This document shows, piece by piece, positions 17,772-25,450 of a stretch of DNA of 64,000 bases. A model generated the notes under the pieces. The model saw nothing but the letters and a program-made list of their open reading frames with translations, did not search any database and was not told where the DNA came from. This DNA is from Gemmatimonadales bacterium (lineage in GTDB: Bacteria > Gemmatimonadota > Gemmatimonadetes > Gemmatimonadales > GWC2-71-9): the NCBI GenBank assembly GCA_035759585.1, contig DASTUP010000187.1, forward strand, positions 36,157-100,156. The letters run 5' to 3'. The position numbers were made by a program, and so were the translations under genes. The number at the start of each line of letters is the position of its first letter. Position 1 is the stretch's first letter.

Positions 17772-18434
17772 GCGAACGATGAGCACCGACATCGGGGCGG
17801 TTCGCGCAAGCCGCCGGGCCACGCCCCCCAGCGGATCTGCCGTGTCCTGACCACTCCGGCCGATGACGATGAGATCGACAGGCACGCGCTGCGCGATGGT
17901 CAGCAGCGACGCGGCCGGATCACCCTTGCGAACGACGGCGGGCAGGTGAGCGACCTCCAGCGCGGCATCGAAGTGGCGCGACACGGAAAGGGCGGAATCG
18001 AGCACGTTCGGCGACGCCGCGGCACCATGGAGTCCCGCCAGGATGCGCCGCGGCCGCGTGGCGCCGCCGGCACCGACGACGAGCACCGGCACCCGCGCGT
18101 GACGGAGGAACCGCTCACCGGTGCGGCCATCGTTGCCCCCGGCAAGGTTGCGGCCGAGGACGAGCAGATCCGCCTCGAGCTCGGCAAGGAGACCGTCCAT
18201 CTCGCGCCGTGGGTCGCCCACACGCACGTGGAGCCCGAGCGACTCGGAGCCGAAGGTGGATGCAAAGCCCTCGAGCGCATCCATGGCGCGGCGCTGCATG
18301 GCCAGGTCCCCACGCGGAATCACCCAGGCGACATCGATGCGGGTCTCCGTCCCGGCAAATTCCCGGGCCCACCGCACCGCTCGCAGCGATGGCGGCCGGA
18401 AATCAACCGCAACCAGTATCTGCCGAAAGTTCAC
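17550..18434 (-). CDS. Universal stress protein, tandem UspA domains, with ~70-aa unstructured read-on tail
   Basis: GTG 18434 is preceded by GGGAGGG. VNFRQILVAVDF...VPVLVVGAG, then a second module RILAGLHG...DLIVIGRSG...APMSVLIVRS. The frame has no stop until 17550, so the 3' end overlaps the convergent oxidoreductase gene. Confidence 0.75.
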   Translation of the reverse strand: MNFRQILVAVDFRPPSLRAVRWAREFAGTETRIDVAWVIPRGDLAMQRRAMDALEGFASTFGSESLGLHVRVGDPRREMDGLLAELEADLLVLGRNLAGGNDGRTGERFLRHARVPVLVVGAGGATRPRRILAGLHGAAASPNVLDSALSVSRHFDAALEVAHLPAVVRKGDPAASLLTIAQRVPVDLIVIGRSGQDTADPLGGVARRLARTAPMSVLIVRSGQRERPVRTDTGSYPISRSPADIVRHPREVARGEHVRHRRFLPRVGANDRAEGSFVEGTAKLLGERARHASA

Positions 18435-18847
18435 GGTCCCTCCCTGATGCCGGGCGGCCTGCGGCCACCGCTGCACTCGAAGCAGGATGTCGTCTCGGGT
18501 ATGGCGCTCAGCCGCGCGAACGGGATCGGGGTCCGGCAGGCGATACAGGTGCCGTAGGTGCCCGAACGCATCCGGCTGAGGGCGTCGAGGATACGCAGCA
18601 GTCGCTCGGGCACGCGCCCGTCGCGCGCCGCCAGCATTGCCGACGTGGCATCGGACGCTGCCGGAGACCACCCGGGATCCACACCGGCTGCATCGTGCTC
18701 CGCGGCCGATGACGCCACGTGCATCGCGGCGTCCGCGTCATGGTCCTCGTCCTGGAACAGCGCGGGCTGCCCACCGAGCCGCCTGAGCTCGAATCGAAGC
18801 TCGGCCCAGAGCTCGTGGAGCTCATCGGGCGTCAGGTGCGTTGCCAT
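18431..18847 (-). CDS. TraR/DksA family C4-type zinc-finger protein
   Basis: 138 aa from ATG 18847. C-terminal GTYGTCIACRTPIPFARLSAIPETTSCFEC (CxxC-N17-CxxC). Its stop TGA overlaps the USP GTG start (GTGA at 18434..18431). Confidence 0.8.
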   Translation of the reverse strand: MATHLTPDELHELWAELRFELRRLGGQPALFQDEDHDADAAMHVASSAAEHDAAGVDPGWSPAASDATSAMLAARDGRVPERLLRILDALSRMRSGTYGTCIACRTPIPFARLSAIPETTSCFECSGGRRPPGIREGP

Positions 18848-19398
18848 TGGCCACTCTCCAGTCGTGAATGATCCAGGTGGCGCGACGACTCCCACTGAGC
18901 CATCCGGCGCCAGAGCCCCGCGCCACGGACGGCTCCCCACATCCGGCGTGCAGCAGCCATCGTGAAGACTGCAGGCGCGTCCGACCCGACCGGGACGGTC
19001 ATCGACCAGAGCGCCGGACGGCCTTCGGCCGCAGGTATCGGGGAGATCCGTCCGATCTCTTCGTCCCCCAGGGAAAGGCGAAACGAATCCCCGTCAGCCT
19101 GTGCGACCAGCCTGGGGATGGCTTCGGGCTCGCTTCGCTGACGAAAGGTGACCAGGAGGAGACGCAGCGTGTCGCCGACTTCCGCCTGCGTCGCGGGGGT
19201 TGCGCCGGCGAATTGCGCCTCATATGCAACGCGCCCCGCATGCGCGGCCCATGCCGCGGATGCAGCCGCGTCGGAAGTATGAAAACCGTGGAGCGAGAGC
19301 AGGATTCGATCGTTCTCGCCCCTGGTCAGGGCTCCGATCGACGTGCTGCCCTGATCGAGGTGATAGAGAACCGGAGAAGTACCGCGATGGAAACGCAT
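18832..19398 (-). CDS. Hypothetical protein (no family recognised)
   Basis: 188 aa from ATG 19398 (MRFHRGTSPVLYHLDQGSTSIGAL...). SD AGGAG lies 7 nt upstream. High GC3. The 3' end overlaps the TraR/DksA start by 16 nt. Confidence 0.6.
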   Translation of the reverse strand: MRFHRGTSPVLYHLDQGSTSIGALTRGENDRILLSLHGFHTSDAAASAAWAAHAGRVAYEAQFAGATPATQAEVGDTLRLLLVTFRQRSEPEAIPRLVAQADGDSFRLSLGDEEIGRISPIPAAEGRPALWSMTVPVGSDAPAVFTMAAARRMWGAVRGAGLWRRMAQWESSRHLDHSRLESGQWQRT

Positions 19399-19452
19399 GG
19401 CAAGCTCCTGCGTCGGTCGACGCGCATGGTCACAGGGCGTGTGGCCGCAGCC

Positions 19453-19496
19453 ACCCGAAAACGGAACGCCCCGCCTGCACACACGCAGGCGGGGCG
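19453..19496 (-). terminator. Intrinsic-terminator-like hairpin in front of the hypothetical/TraR/USP operon
   Basis: Perfect 12-bp GC stem, 19467..19478 pairing with 19485..19496, with a 6-nt loop. On the minus strand it is followed by UUCCGUUUUCGGG. Confidence 0.6.
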
Positions 19497-19847
19497 AAAT
19501 CGGGAGCGCTGCGATCGACCGTTCTACGCGGGAGTGACCACCGTCGAACGGAGACGCGGAGTACCGAGCCTGGGCGTGGAATAGGCGGGCTGGACGCGCG
19601 CGGAAACGGGGAGCGACATCCCCGCTCCGGCGCGCGTCCGAGGCACGCGCATTTCAGACACACGTGTTCTGTGCAGCCCGCTCGGGATTGCGAGGAGCGG
19701 ATCCGCTGTGTGGCCGCATTCTGACGCTCGGGCTCGGCGGTGGACCACTGTGAATGACCCCCAGGTCTCGATCTGTTGAACGGGGCCGGTGCGCGGTCGG
19801 CCGCGCATGCGGCGAACGGAGCACCGACCCCGGAGTGAACCAGCTGC
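19453..19847 (-). ncRNA. Candidate ~390-nt structured RNA (stand-alone ncRNA or cis-regulatory leader), family unknown
   Basis: Bounded by a minus-strand promoter (19882..19854) and the terminator hairpin. No credible ORF. Two further long helices become U-G wobbles on the minus strand but C-A mismatches on the plus strand. Confidence 0.35.
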
Positions 19848-19853
19848 AGATGG

Positions 19854-19882
19854 ATAATAGCCGCATCGGCGGTGAAACTCAA
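19854..19882 (-). promoter_or_regulatory. Putative sigma70-type promoter for the candidate RNA
   Basis: Minus strand reads TTGAGT (19882..19877) - 17 nt - TATTAT (19859..19854). Confidence 0.45.
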
Positions 19883-19972
19883 CGCACCTTACGACGCGTA
19901 CCAGGAGGTGCGTTGAAGAATTCTTTCTGCGGTGCGTCCGCCGCTTCCCCTCAATGGATGCTCGGGAGTGAC

Positions 19973-20302
19973 ATGAATCTGTACGACTCTCACACGCTCG
20001 CCCGGGAGGCGGTCGCTCGGCCTGGACGGCCGGGATTCGCTTTGGCGCACGATCACGCAGACGCGCGACTCGTCGTCTTCCGGATCGATCCCGGCCAGCA
20101 GGTCGCGCCGCACACGAGTCCCGCGAGCGTTTTCCTGGTCGTGACTTCCGGAAGCGGCTTCATCTCCGGCGCCGACGGTGAGCGCGCCGTAGCGGCCGGG
20201 GCGATCGCCGCCTTTGCGCCCGGCGAGCGGCACGGCATGCGGGCCGCGGAGGAGCAGCTCGTGATCGCGGCGTTCATCGCGCCGGGTCCGGGAGGGCGGT
20301 GA
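19973..20302 (+). CDS. Cupin domain protein
   Basis: 109 aa from ATG 19973 (SD GGGAG 5 nt upstream). Contains ARLVVFRIDPGQQVAPHTSPASVFLVVTSGSGFISG...FAPGERHGMRA. In-frame alternative starts at 19958 and 19913. Confidence 0.75.
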   Translation: MNLYDSHTLAREAVARPGRPGFALAHDHADARLVVFRIDPGQQVAPHTSPASVFLVVTSGSGFISGADGERAVAAGAIAAFAPGERHGMRAAEEQLVIAAFIAPGPGGR

Positions 20303-20541
20303 CGATGGACCGGTTCGTCCGCGCATTCCTCCGCGCGTCGCTCGCCTGGCTCGGTCTCGGCGTCACGCTCGGCGTCGCCAGGGCGGTGCATCCGGCGTGG
20401 ATCGCGTATCGGCCCGCGCATCTGCACATGAACCTGCTCGGCTTCGTCACGATGATGATCTTCGGCGTGGCCCTTCACGTGATCCCGCAGTTCACGGGGC
20501 GACCGCTGCACACTGTCGGGCTGGCGAGGCCGCAGGGGTAG
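20299..20541 (+). CDS. Small two-TM membrane protein, unknown function (possibly truncated)
   Basis: 80 aa. Contains SLAWLGLGVTLGVA and HLHMNLLGFVTMMIFGVALHVIPQF. Its start overlaps the cupin stop by 4 nt. Confidence 0.5.
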   Translation: MTMDRFVRAFLRASLAWLGLGVTLGVARAVHPAWIAYRPAHLHMNLLGFVTMMIFGVALHVIPQFTGRPLHTVGLARPQG

Positions 20542-20557
20542 TCGCGCATCCCGCCCG

Positions 20558-20688
20558 GATCCTTGCAGCCTCCGCGTACGCGGATCGGCCCTGCGGGAGC
20601 CGTCCTTCTCTGCAGATCCTTGCGCGTCCCGACCGAACCGATTGGGGCACGGATTCGTACTTTCGCGCACAAGCCGACGATCCTTGCA
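20558..20688 (+). repeat. Three direct copies of the 9-mer GATCCTTGC in an intergenic region
   Basis: Exact copies at 20558..20566, 20615..20623 and 20679..20687, upstream of the lipoprotein gene that starts at 20756. Confidence 0.7.
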
Positions 20689-20755
20689 CTCCGGGTCGTG
20701 GCGCGGGCGTTGCGCGCAGGCGGTCATCGATCCATCCCCCCCATGGAGGTTTCCG

Positions 20756-21502
20756 ATGATCCCTTCCCGCAGTCTCGCGCTGGCAGTTGCCGCCACCCTC
20801 GCCCTTGGCGCCTGCAGCACCGAGGAGTCCCCTCTGGCCGAGGCGGCCAGCGCCGCTCCCGCATTCGACCAGGCGGAGACCGGCAATGGCGCACCGAGCG
20901 GCGAGCACTTCACCCTCAACATCATCGGCATGAAGCACGACAAGAGCGCCGAGATGGATGAGCTCGGCGGCCACGTCATCTTCGTCGACCTCGGCAGCCG
21001 TACCGGCGACGCCGTGACGACGAAGATCATGCTGTCGGAGGGCGAATTCGCCGTGCTCGACAAGAACGGCACCGACGGACGTGCCGGCTTCCAGCTTCCC
21101 GCACCGGCCGGCGGCACCGCGTACCAGGTGTATGCCCGGCCGCTCGGCACCCCGGGAGGCATGGCGAAGATCACTACCTGCGCCGAGGAAGTCGTGGTGG
21201 ACGGGGTGGCGGTGGTGGATGAAGTCTGCTCGACCGAGAACGAGGTGTTCGTCCGCTCCGCCGGCAAGGGGAACAAGTTCGAGAACGTCACGCAGTCGCT
21301 CACCACGATCGTGATCGATGACGACGTGACCACGACGTACGACGAGACCACGGCCTATACCGCGTGCGGCGGCACGGATACCGACGGCGACGATGCGCCC
21401 ATCCGCGTCGACCTGTTCAACGCATGCCTCGAGAACTACTTCTGGAAGTACGACAACAACGGGCTGCGGATCCTGCAGGTCCGGTTCTACCCGGCGAGCT
21501 GA
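20756..21502 (+). CDS. Lipoprotein, unknown function
   Basis: 248 aa from ATG 20756 (SD GGAGG). MIPSRSLALAVAATLALGACSTEE carries a lipobox. Thr/Asp/Val-rich body with four Cys residues. Confidence 0.7.
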   Translation: MIPSRSLALAVAATLALGACSTEESPLAEAASAAPAFDQAETGNGAPSGEHFTLNIIGMKHDKSAEMDELGGHVIFVDLGSRTGDAVTTKIMLSEGEFAVLDKNGTDGRAGFQLPAPAGGTAYQVYARPLGTPGGMAKITTCAEEVVVDGVAVVDEVCSTENEVFVRSAGKGNKFENVTQSLTTIVIDDDVTTTYDETTAYTACGGTDTDGDDAPIRVDLFNACLENYFWKYDNNGLRILQVRFYPAS

Positions 21503-21515
21503 ACCTTCCGCACGA

Positions 21516-21555
21516 GAACGAGCCGCCCGGGCCTGTCAGCCGGGGCGGCTCGTTC
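21516..21555. terminator. Hairpin between convergent genes (13-bp perfect stem)
   Basis: GAACGAGCCGCCC (21516..21528) pairs with GGGCGGCTCGTTC (21543..21555). There is no clear U-tract on either strand. It sits at the end of the long minus-strand array. Confidence 0.45.
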
Positions 21556-21575
21556 GCATTCGGGTGGCCCAGGAC

Positions 21576-24107
21576 TCAGCCCGCGAGCGCGTCGCTCACC
21601 CGCTCCGCCAGCGACGCCGCACTGAAGGGCTTCTGCAGGAACGCAAATCCGGGCTCGAGGATTCCGCGCTGGATCACCGCATCGTCGGTATACCCGGACA
21701 TGAAGAGCACCTTGATCGCCGGCCGCATCTCACGAATGCGCTCGGCGAGCTGCCGGCCGTTCAGCCCGGGCATCACGACGTCTGTCACGAGCAGCTCGAT
21801 CGCGCCGGGATGCGATTCGCACCAGGCGAGCGCTTCCCCGACCGTCCCCACCGCCTTCACCTCATATCCCTGGCGCACCAGGATCTCGTTCGCCACGTGC
21901 AGCAGCGCGGGCTCGTCTTCCACGAGGAGGATCTGCTCCGCGCGACCGCGGCGGCGGGTATCGTGCGCCTGCTTCCGGGGAGGCGCCGCCGCACCCTCGA
22001 CGGCAGGGAGGTAGACCTTGAACGTCGCCCCCGCACCCGGCTCGCTGTACACGATCACCGAGCCACCGCTCTGTTCGACGATGCCATAGACCGTGGAGAG
22101 CCCGAGCCCGGTACCCTTCCCCGCCTCCTTGGTCGTGAAGAACGGCTCGAAGATCTGGGCCTGCTGCTCGCGCGGAATGCCGATGCCGGTGTCGCCCACC
22201 GCGAGCATCACGTAGCGGCCTGCGGGGAGCGACCGGCTTCCGCGGGCGTGGACCTCGTCGAGCTCGATCATCGCGGTCTCAATCGTGAGCCGGCCACCGT
22301 CGGGCATCGCATCGCGCGCGTTGACGGCCAGGTTCATGATCACCTGCTCGATCTGGCCGGGATCCGCCTCGACGGCGCTCAGGTCCGGCGCGAGGCGCGA
22401 CTCGAGGGTGATGTCCTCGCCGATGATCCGCTCGAGCATGCTGTGCAGGCCCGAGACGATCTCGTTCACGTCGACGATCCGCCGCTCCGCCACCTGTTGC
22501 CGGCTGAAGACCAGGAGCTGGCGCGTCAGCCCGGCGCCGCGCCTTCCGGCCTCGCGAACCTCTTCGGCGTCGGCGCGGCGCGGATCGTCCTCGGGGAGGT
22601 CCTGCACCAGCAGATCGGCGTAGCCGATGACCGCGGAGAGGATGTTGTTGAAGTCGTGCGCGATCCCCCCTGCCAGCCGTCCGACGGCCTCCATCTTCTG
22701 CGCCTGGCGAAAGCGCGCCTCGAGCTGGTTCCGCTCGGTGACGTCGTGCGCGAGGACGAGCTCCGCGTCCCGACCCGCGAAGCGGAGCGATCCGGCGCTG
22801 AGCTCGACGTCGAGCAGCGTCCCGTCCTTCGTGCGGTGGCGCCAGCGGGTGGGATCGCTGCCCCGCGGCCCGGCCGCAACCGCCGCAAGGAGCCGCGGCA
22901 CCTCCTCCGGCGGGCGGATGTCCCGAAGCGACATCCCGAGGAATTCATCATGCGAAAACCCGTATCGCCTGACGGCCGCGCGGTTCACGGCGAGAAAGGC
23001 GAGCGTTTCCCGGTCGTAGACCCACATGGGGCTCGGGTTGAGATCGAAGAGCAGGCGGTACTGCTCTTCCGAGGCGCGCAGCTGCGCCTGGCCGTCCTTG
23101 ACGCGGCTCACCATCGTGCCGAATGCATCACCGAGCCTGCCGAGCTCGTCCTGGCGCGCGTGCGCCAGACTGAACTCGCTCAGGTCTCCGCGTGCGACGG
23201 CTTCGGCGGCGGTCGTGAGCTCACGCAGCGGCGTCGTCAGGCGGCGGCTCATGAGCCATCCGAGCAACGCGCCGAAGCCGAGTACCGCGAGGCCCACCAG
23301 CATGAGGTCGCGCAGGAGCGACCGGGCATTGCTCAGCGCCTCGGACGCCGGGCGCTCCGCTGCAAGGATCCAGGGGCTGCCTGCGATCCGGGCGCGGGCC
23401 CCGATCCGGTCGATCCCTCCCCGCCGATAGGCGCCGTCGCCAGGAACGCCTTCGACGCGGACCGACTCGGCCGGTGCCGCGGCGTCGACCCAGAGGCCTT
23501 CGTCCCTGTTGCTGAGGAGCAGAGTCGAGCCGCGTCCGATCATCGAGACGACCTGCCGCATTCCCTCCGGGGTCGCGCCGAGGCGGCGCCGCACGATGAG
23601 ATGACCGGGCCCATCCGGCAACGCACCGAGTGGTGCCGTCATCTCATAGTAGGTGAACCCATCGGCCTGATAGAGCCGGCCGACCGCTGCCGAATCCGGA
23701 CGCGCGGGGGCGCCTGCAGCGGCGATCGAGTCGGTCCGAGTGGTCGGCCACGCCGACAGAAGGAGCGCGCCACGGGAGTCGCGGAGCTCGCCGGCACCGC
23801 CCTCGGCCGTGTCCCTCGCGATACTCTGAAGCGCCCGGCGGGCCGAACCCTCGCTCGCGGCATTCCCTCGGCCGAACGCCACGATGGCCGTGTCGAGGGT
23901 GGCGGCGGTGAGTGCCTGCACGGCATTGACCGCCTCCTGGGAGAGGAGACCCGCGAACTGTTCCGCCACCGTCTGGAGGCGCGCCCGCTCCGCCGTGATC
24001 TGCCCCCTCGCCGCAGCACGATACGCGAGAGCACCGAACAGGACGATGACCGCGAGCAGAAGCCCCGCGATCAGCAGTGGAAGCCGGACATTGAGCGAGA
24101 GATTCAT
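21576..24107 (-). CDS. Hybrid sensor histidine kinase (2 TM + periplasmic domain, HAMP, PAS, HisKA, HATPase_c, C-terminal receiver)
   Basis: 843 aa. H-box GGIAHDFNNILSAVIGYADLL. ATP-lid DTGIGIP...GTGLGLS. Receiver ILLVEDEPALL...LLVTDVVMPGLNG...KVLFMSGY. Confidence 0.9.
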   Translation of the reverse strand: MNLSLNVRLPLLIAGLLLAVIVLFGALAYRAAARGQITAERARLQTVAEQFAGLLSQEAVNAVQALTAATLDTAIVAFGRGNAASEGSARRALQSIARDTAEGGAGELRDSRGALLLSAWPTTRTDSIAAAGAPARPDSAAVGRLYQADGFTYYEMTAPLGALPDGPGHLIVRRRLGATPEGMRQVVSMIGRGSTLLLSNRDEGLWVDAAAPAESVRVEGVPGDGAYRRGGIDRIGARARIAGSPWILAAERPASEALSNARSLLRDLMLVGLAVLGFGALLGWLMSRRLTTPLRELTTAAEAVARGDLSEFSLAHARQDELGRLGDAFGTMVSRVKDGQAQLRASEEQYRLLFDLNPSPMWVYDRETLAFLAVNRAAVRRYGFSHDEFLGMSLRDIRPPEEVPRLLAAVAAGPRGSDPTRWRHRTKDGTLLDVELSAGSLRFAGRDAELVLAHDVTERNQLEARFRQAQKMEAVGRLAGGIAHDFNNILSAVIGYADLLVQDLPEDDPRRADAEEVREAGRRGAGLTRQLLVFSRQQVAERRIVDVNEIVSGLHSMLERIIGEDITLESRLAPDLSAVEADPGQIEQVIMNLAVNARDAMPDGGRLTIETAMIELDEVHARGSRSLPAGRYVMLAVGDTGIGIPREQQAQIFEPFFTTKEAGKGTGLGLSTVYGIVEQSGGSVIVYSEPGAGATFKVYLPAVEGAAAPPRKQAHDTRRRGRAEQILLVEDEPALLHVANEILVRQGYEVKAVGTVGEALAWCESHPGAIELLVTDVVMPGLNGRQLAERIREMRPAIKVLFMSGYTDDAVIQRGILEPGFAFLQKPFSAASLAERVSDALAG

Positions 24108-25450
24108 GTCGAGGGCGCCTCGACCGCGCCACTCTCGCGCTTCCCGAGGGGCGTTTCGAACCCGGCCGCGCCCTTTGCATTGATCTCCCCCGCGCGGGCG
24201 AGCGCACGGCGGAAGAAGACCGCGCCGACCGTCTCGTTGACGGCGATGACCGACAGAAGGATCGTCCGCATCGTGCCTCCCACTGCGGGATAAGCCTGCT
24301 CCGCCACCGTCACGAGGCCGATCGCGACCCCGGCCTGGGAAATGAGCCCCATCCAGAGCGTATCGGATTCGGCCCGCGGAATTCCTGCGACGCGGGCGCC
24401 GATTCGCGTGCCGGTCCAGATGCCGAACGCGCGCGCGAGCACAATCGGAATCACCACGGGCCAGAGCGCAATCAGCTCGGCGATCTCGAGCTTCGCGCCG
24501 GCCAGCGCGAAGAACACGACGAAGACGGGAGCAGCCGATCGTTCCATCGCATGCCGCAGCGCGCGCCCCGACCTGCCGGGTGCCGCCGTTTCAGCGACAA
24601 ATCCGGCCACCAGCAGCGTCAGCAGCGTCTCGACGTGGGCGAGGCGCGATATCTCGAGCCCGAAGAACGTGACCAGCAGCGCGAAGAGGAAAAGCTCGCC
24701 ACGGACAAAACGGAGGTAGAGCGCGACGGCGCCTCCGAGTAGCGCGCCGATGGGAATGGCGCCGCCGATCTCCCATACCGTCGCCCCCAGGCTGCCGACG
24801 CCTTCGCCGCCCGACGGAACCAATGACTGCGCCGCGGACAGTGCGGCACTGAAGACCAGCACCACCACGACGTCCGCCAGGAGCACGACACCCAGGGTGG
24901 TGCGGGAAAGCGGGCCCCGCGCACCCGTCTCGGTGAGGAGCGCCATGGTGACGGCGGGCGAATGAACGATGGCAATCGAGGCGAACAGCCCGGCGAACGT
25001 CAGCGTGGTGAGCGTATTCGTCCCTTGAAGGAAGGGTACGAACTCGCGCATCAGCAGCAGGGCGCCGAAGATCACGAGGAAGGTAACCGTCAGCTCGATC
25101 CCGGTGACCTTGAGCAGTGCGACGCCACGCCGCCGCAGCTCACCCCACTCCAGCTCGGCGCCGGCGAGAAAGGCGATGAGGGCAATCGCCAGATCGCTCA
25201 CGGGTGACAGGTCGGCAACCGCCTCTGCCGGCACCGCGGCGAGCGCACTGGGTCCGAAGATCGCGCCGGCGGCGAGATAGCCGACGAGCTTCGGGAGATT
25301 GAACTGCTTCATCAGCTCGCCGACCGAGTACGCCGCGAGGATCAGGAAGCCGAAGGCGAGCAGGGCTTCGCCGAAGCCTTCCGCCGGACCGGCGACCAGG
25401 ACCAGCTGCATGCCCCCGAAGAGCAGCGCGAGGATGACGAGCCTCCGCAT
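24104..25450 (-). CDS. Cation:proton antiporter (Na+/H+ exchanger family), paralog A
   Basis: 448 aa, polytopic. Contains LPKLVGYLAAGAIFGPSAL...LAGAELEW. Its stop overlaps the kinase ATG (ATGA at 24107..24104). Confidence 0.85.
   Translation of the reverse strand: MRRLVILALLFGGMQLVLVAGPAEGFGEALLAFGFLILAAYSVGELMKQFNLPKLVGYLAAGAIFGPSALAAVPAEAVADLSPVSDLAIALIAFLAGAELEWGELRRRGVALLKVTGIELTVTFLVIFGALLLMREFVPFLQGTNTLTTLTFAGLFASIAIVHSPAVTMALLTETGARGPLSRTTLGVVLLADVVVVLVFSAALSAAQSLVPSGGEGVGSLGATVWEIGGAIPIGALLGGAVALYLRFVRGELFLFALLVTFFGLEISRLAHVETLLTLLVAGFVAETAAPGRSGRALRHAMERSAAPVFVVFFALAGAKLEIAELIALWPVVIPIVLARAFGIWTGTRIGARVAGIPRAESDTLWMGLISQAGVAIGLVTVAEQAYPAVGGTMRTILLSVIAVNETVGAVFFRRALARAGEINAKGAAGFETPLGKRESGAVEAPST

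Noticed and set aside
19528-19580. ZTP (pfl)-like fragments on the plus strand (GGGAGTGACCACCGTCGAAC ... CCGAGCCTGGGCG)
   Set aside because: The pseudoknot complementarity between the two halves is absent, and no gene lies downstream on that strand for about 400 nt.
19831-19875. TPP-riboswitch-like string on the plus strand (GAACCAGCTGCAGATGGATAATAGCCGCATCGG, compare ...GAACCUGAUCUGGAUAAUGCCAGCG...)
   Set aside because: The required CUGAGA element and the complementary P4/P5 pairings are missing. The downstream plus-strand gene is a cupin rather than a thiamine gene. The wobble-pair asymmetry of the region favours a minus-strand RNA.
19441-19980. RNase P RNA, tmRNA, SRP RNA or 6S RNA in the large intergenic region
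   Set aside because: The hallmark strings I remember for these RNAs were not found on either strand. These are GAGGAAAGUCCGGGC and ACAGAACCCGGCUUA for RNase P, the tRNA-like 3' end and tag ORF for tmRNA, and GGAAGCAGCC-type domain IV for SRP. The call is therefore left as an unknown RNA family.
20550-20690. Sigma-54 promoter reading of the TTGC(A) inside the GATCCTTGC repeats
   Set aside because: No GG dinucleotide is found at the required 10-nt upstream spacing (GG-N10-GC) for any of the three copies.
21393-24293. 966-aa plus-strand ORF covering the whole hybrid kinase locus
   Set aside because: It is antisense to a kinase gene with unmistakable H-box, ATP-lid and receiver motifs. Its translation is Arg/Pro/Gly/His-rich with no recognisable domain. 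This is a typical stop-poor antisense frame of a high-GC genome.
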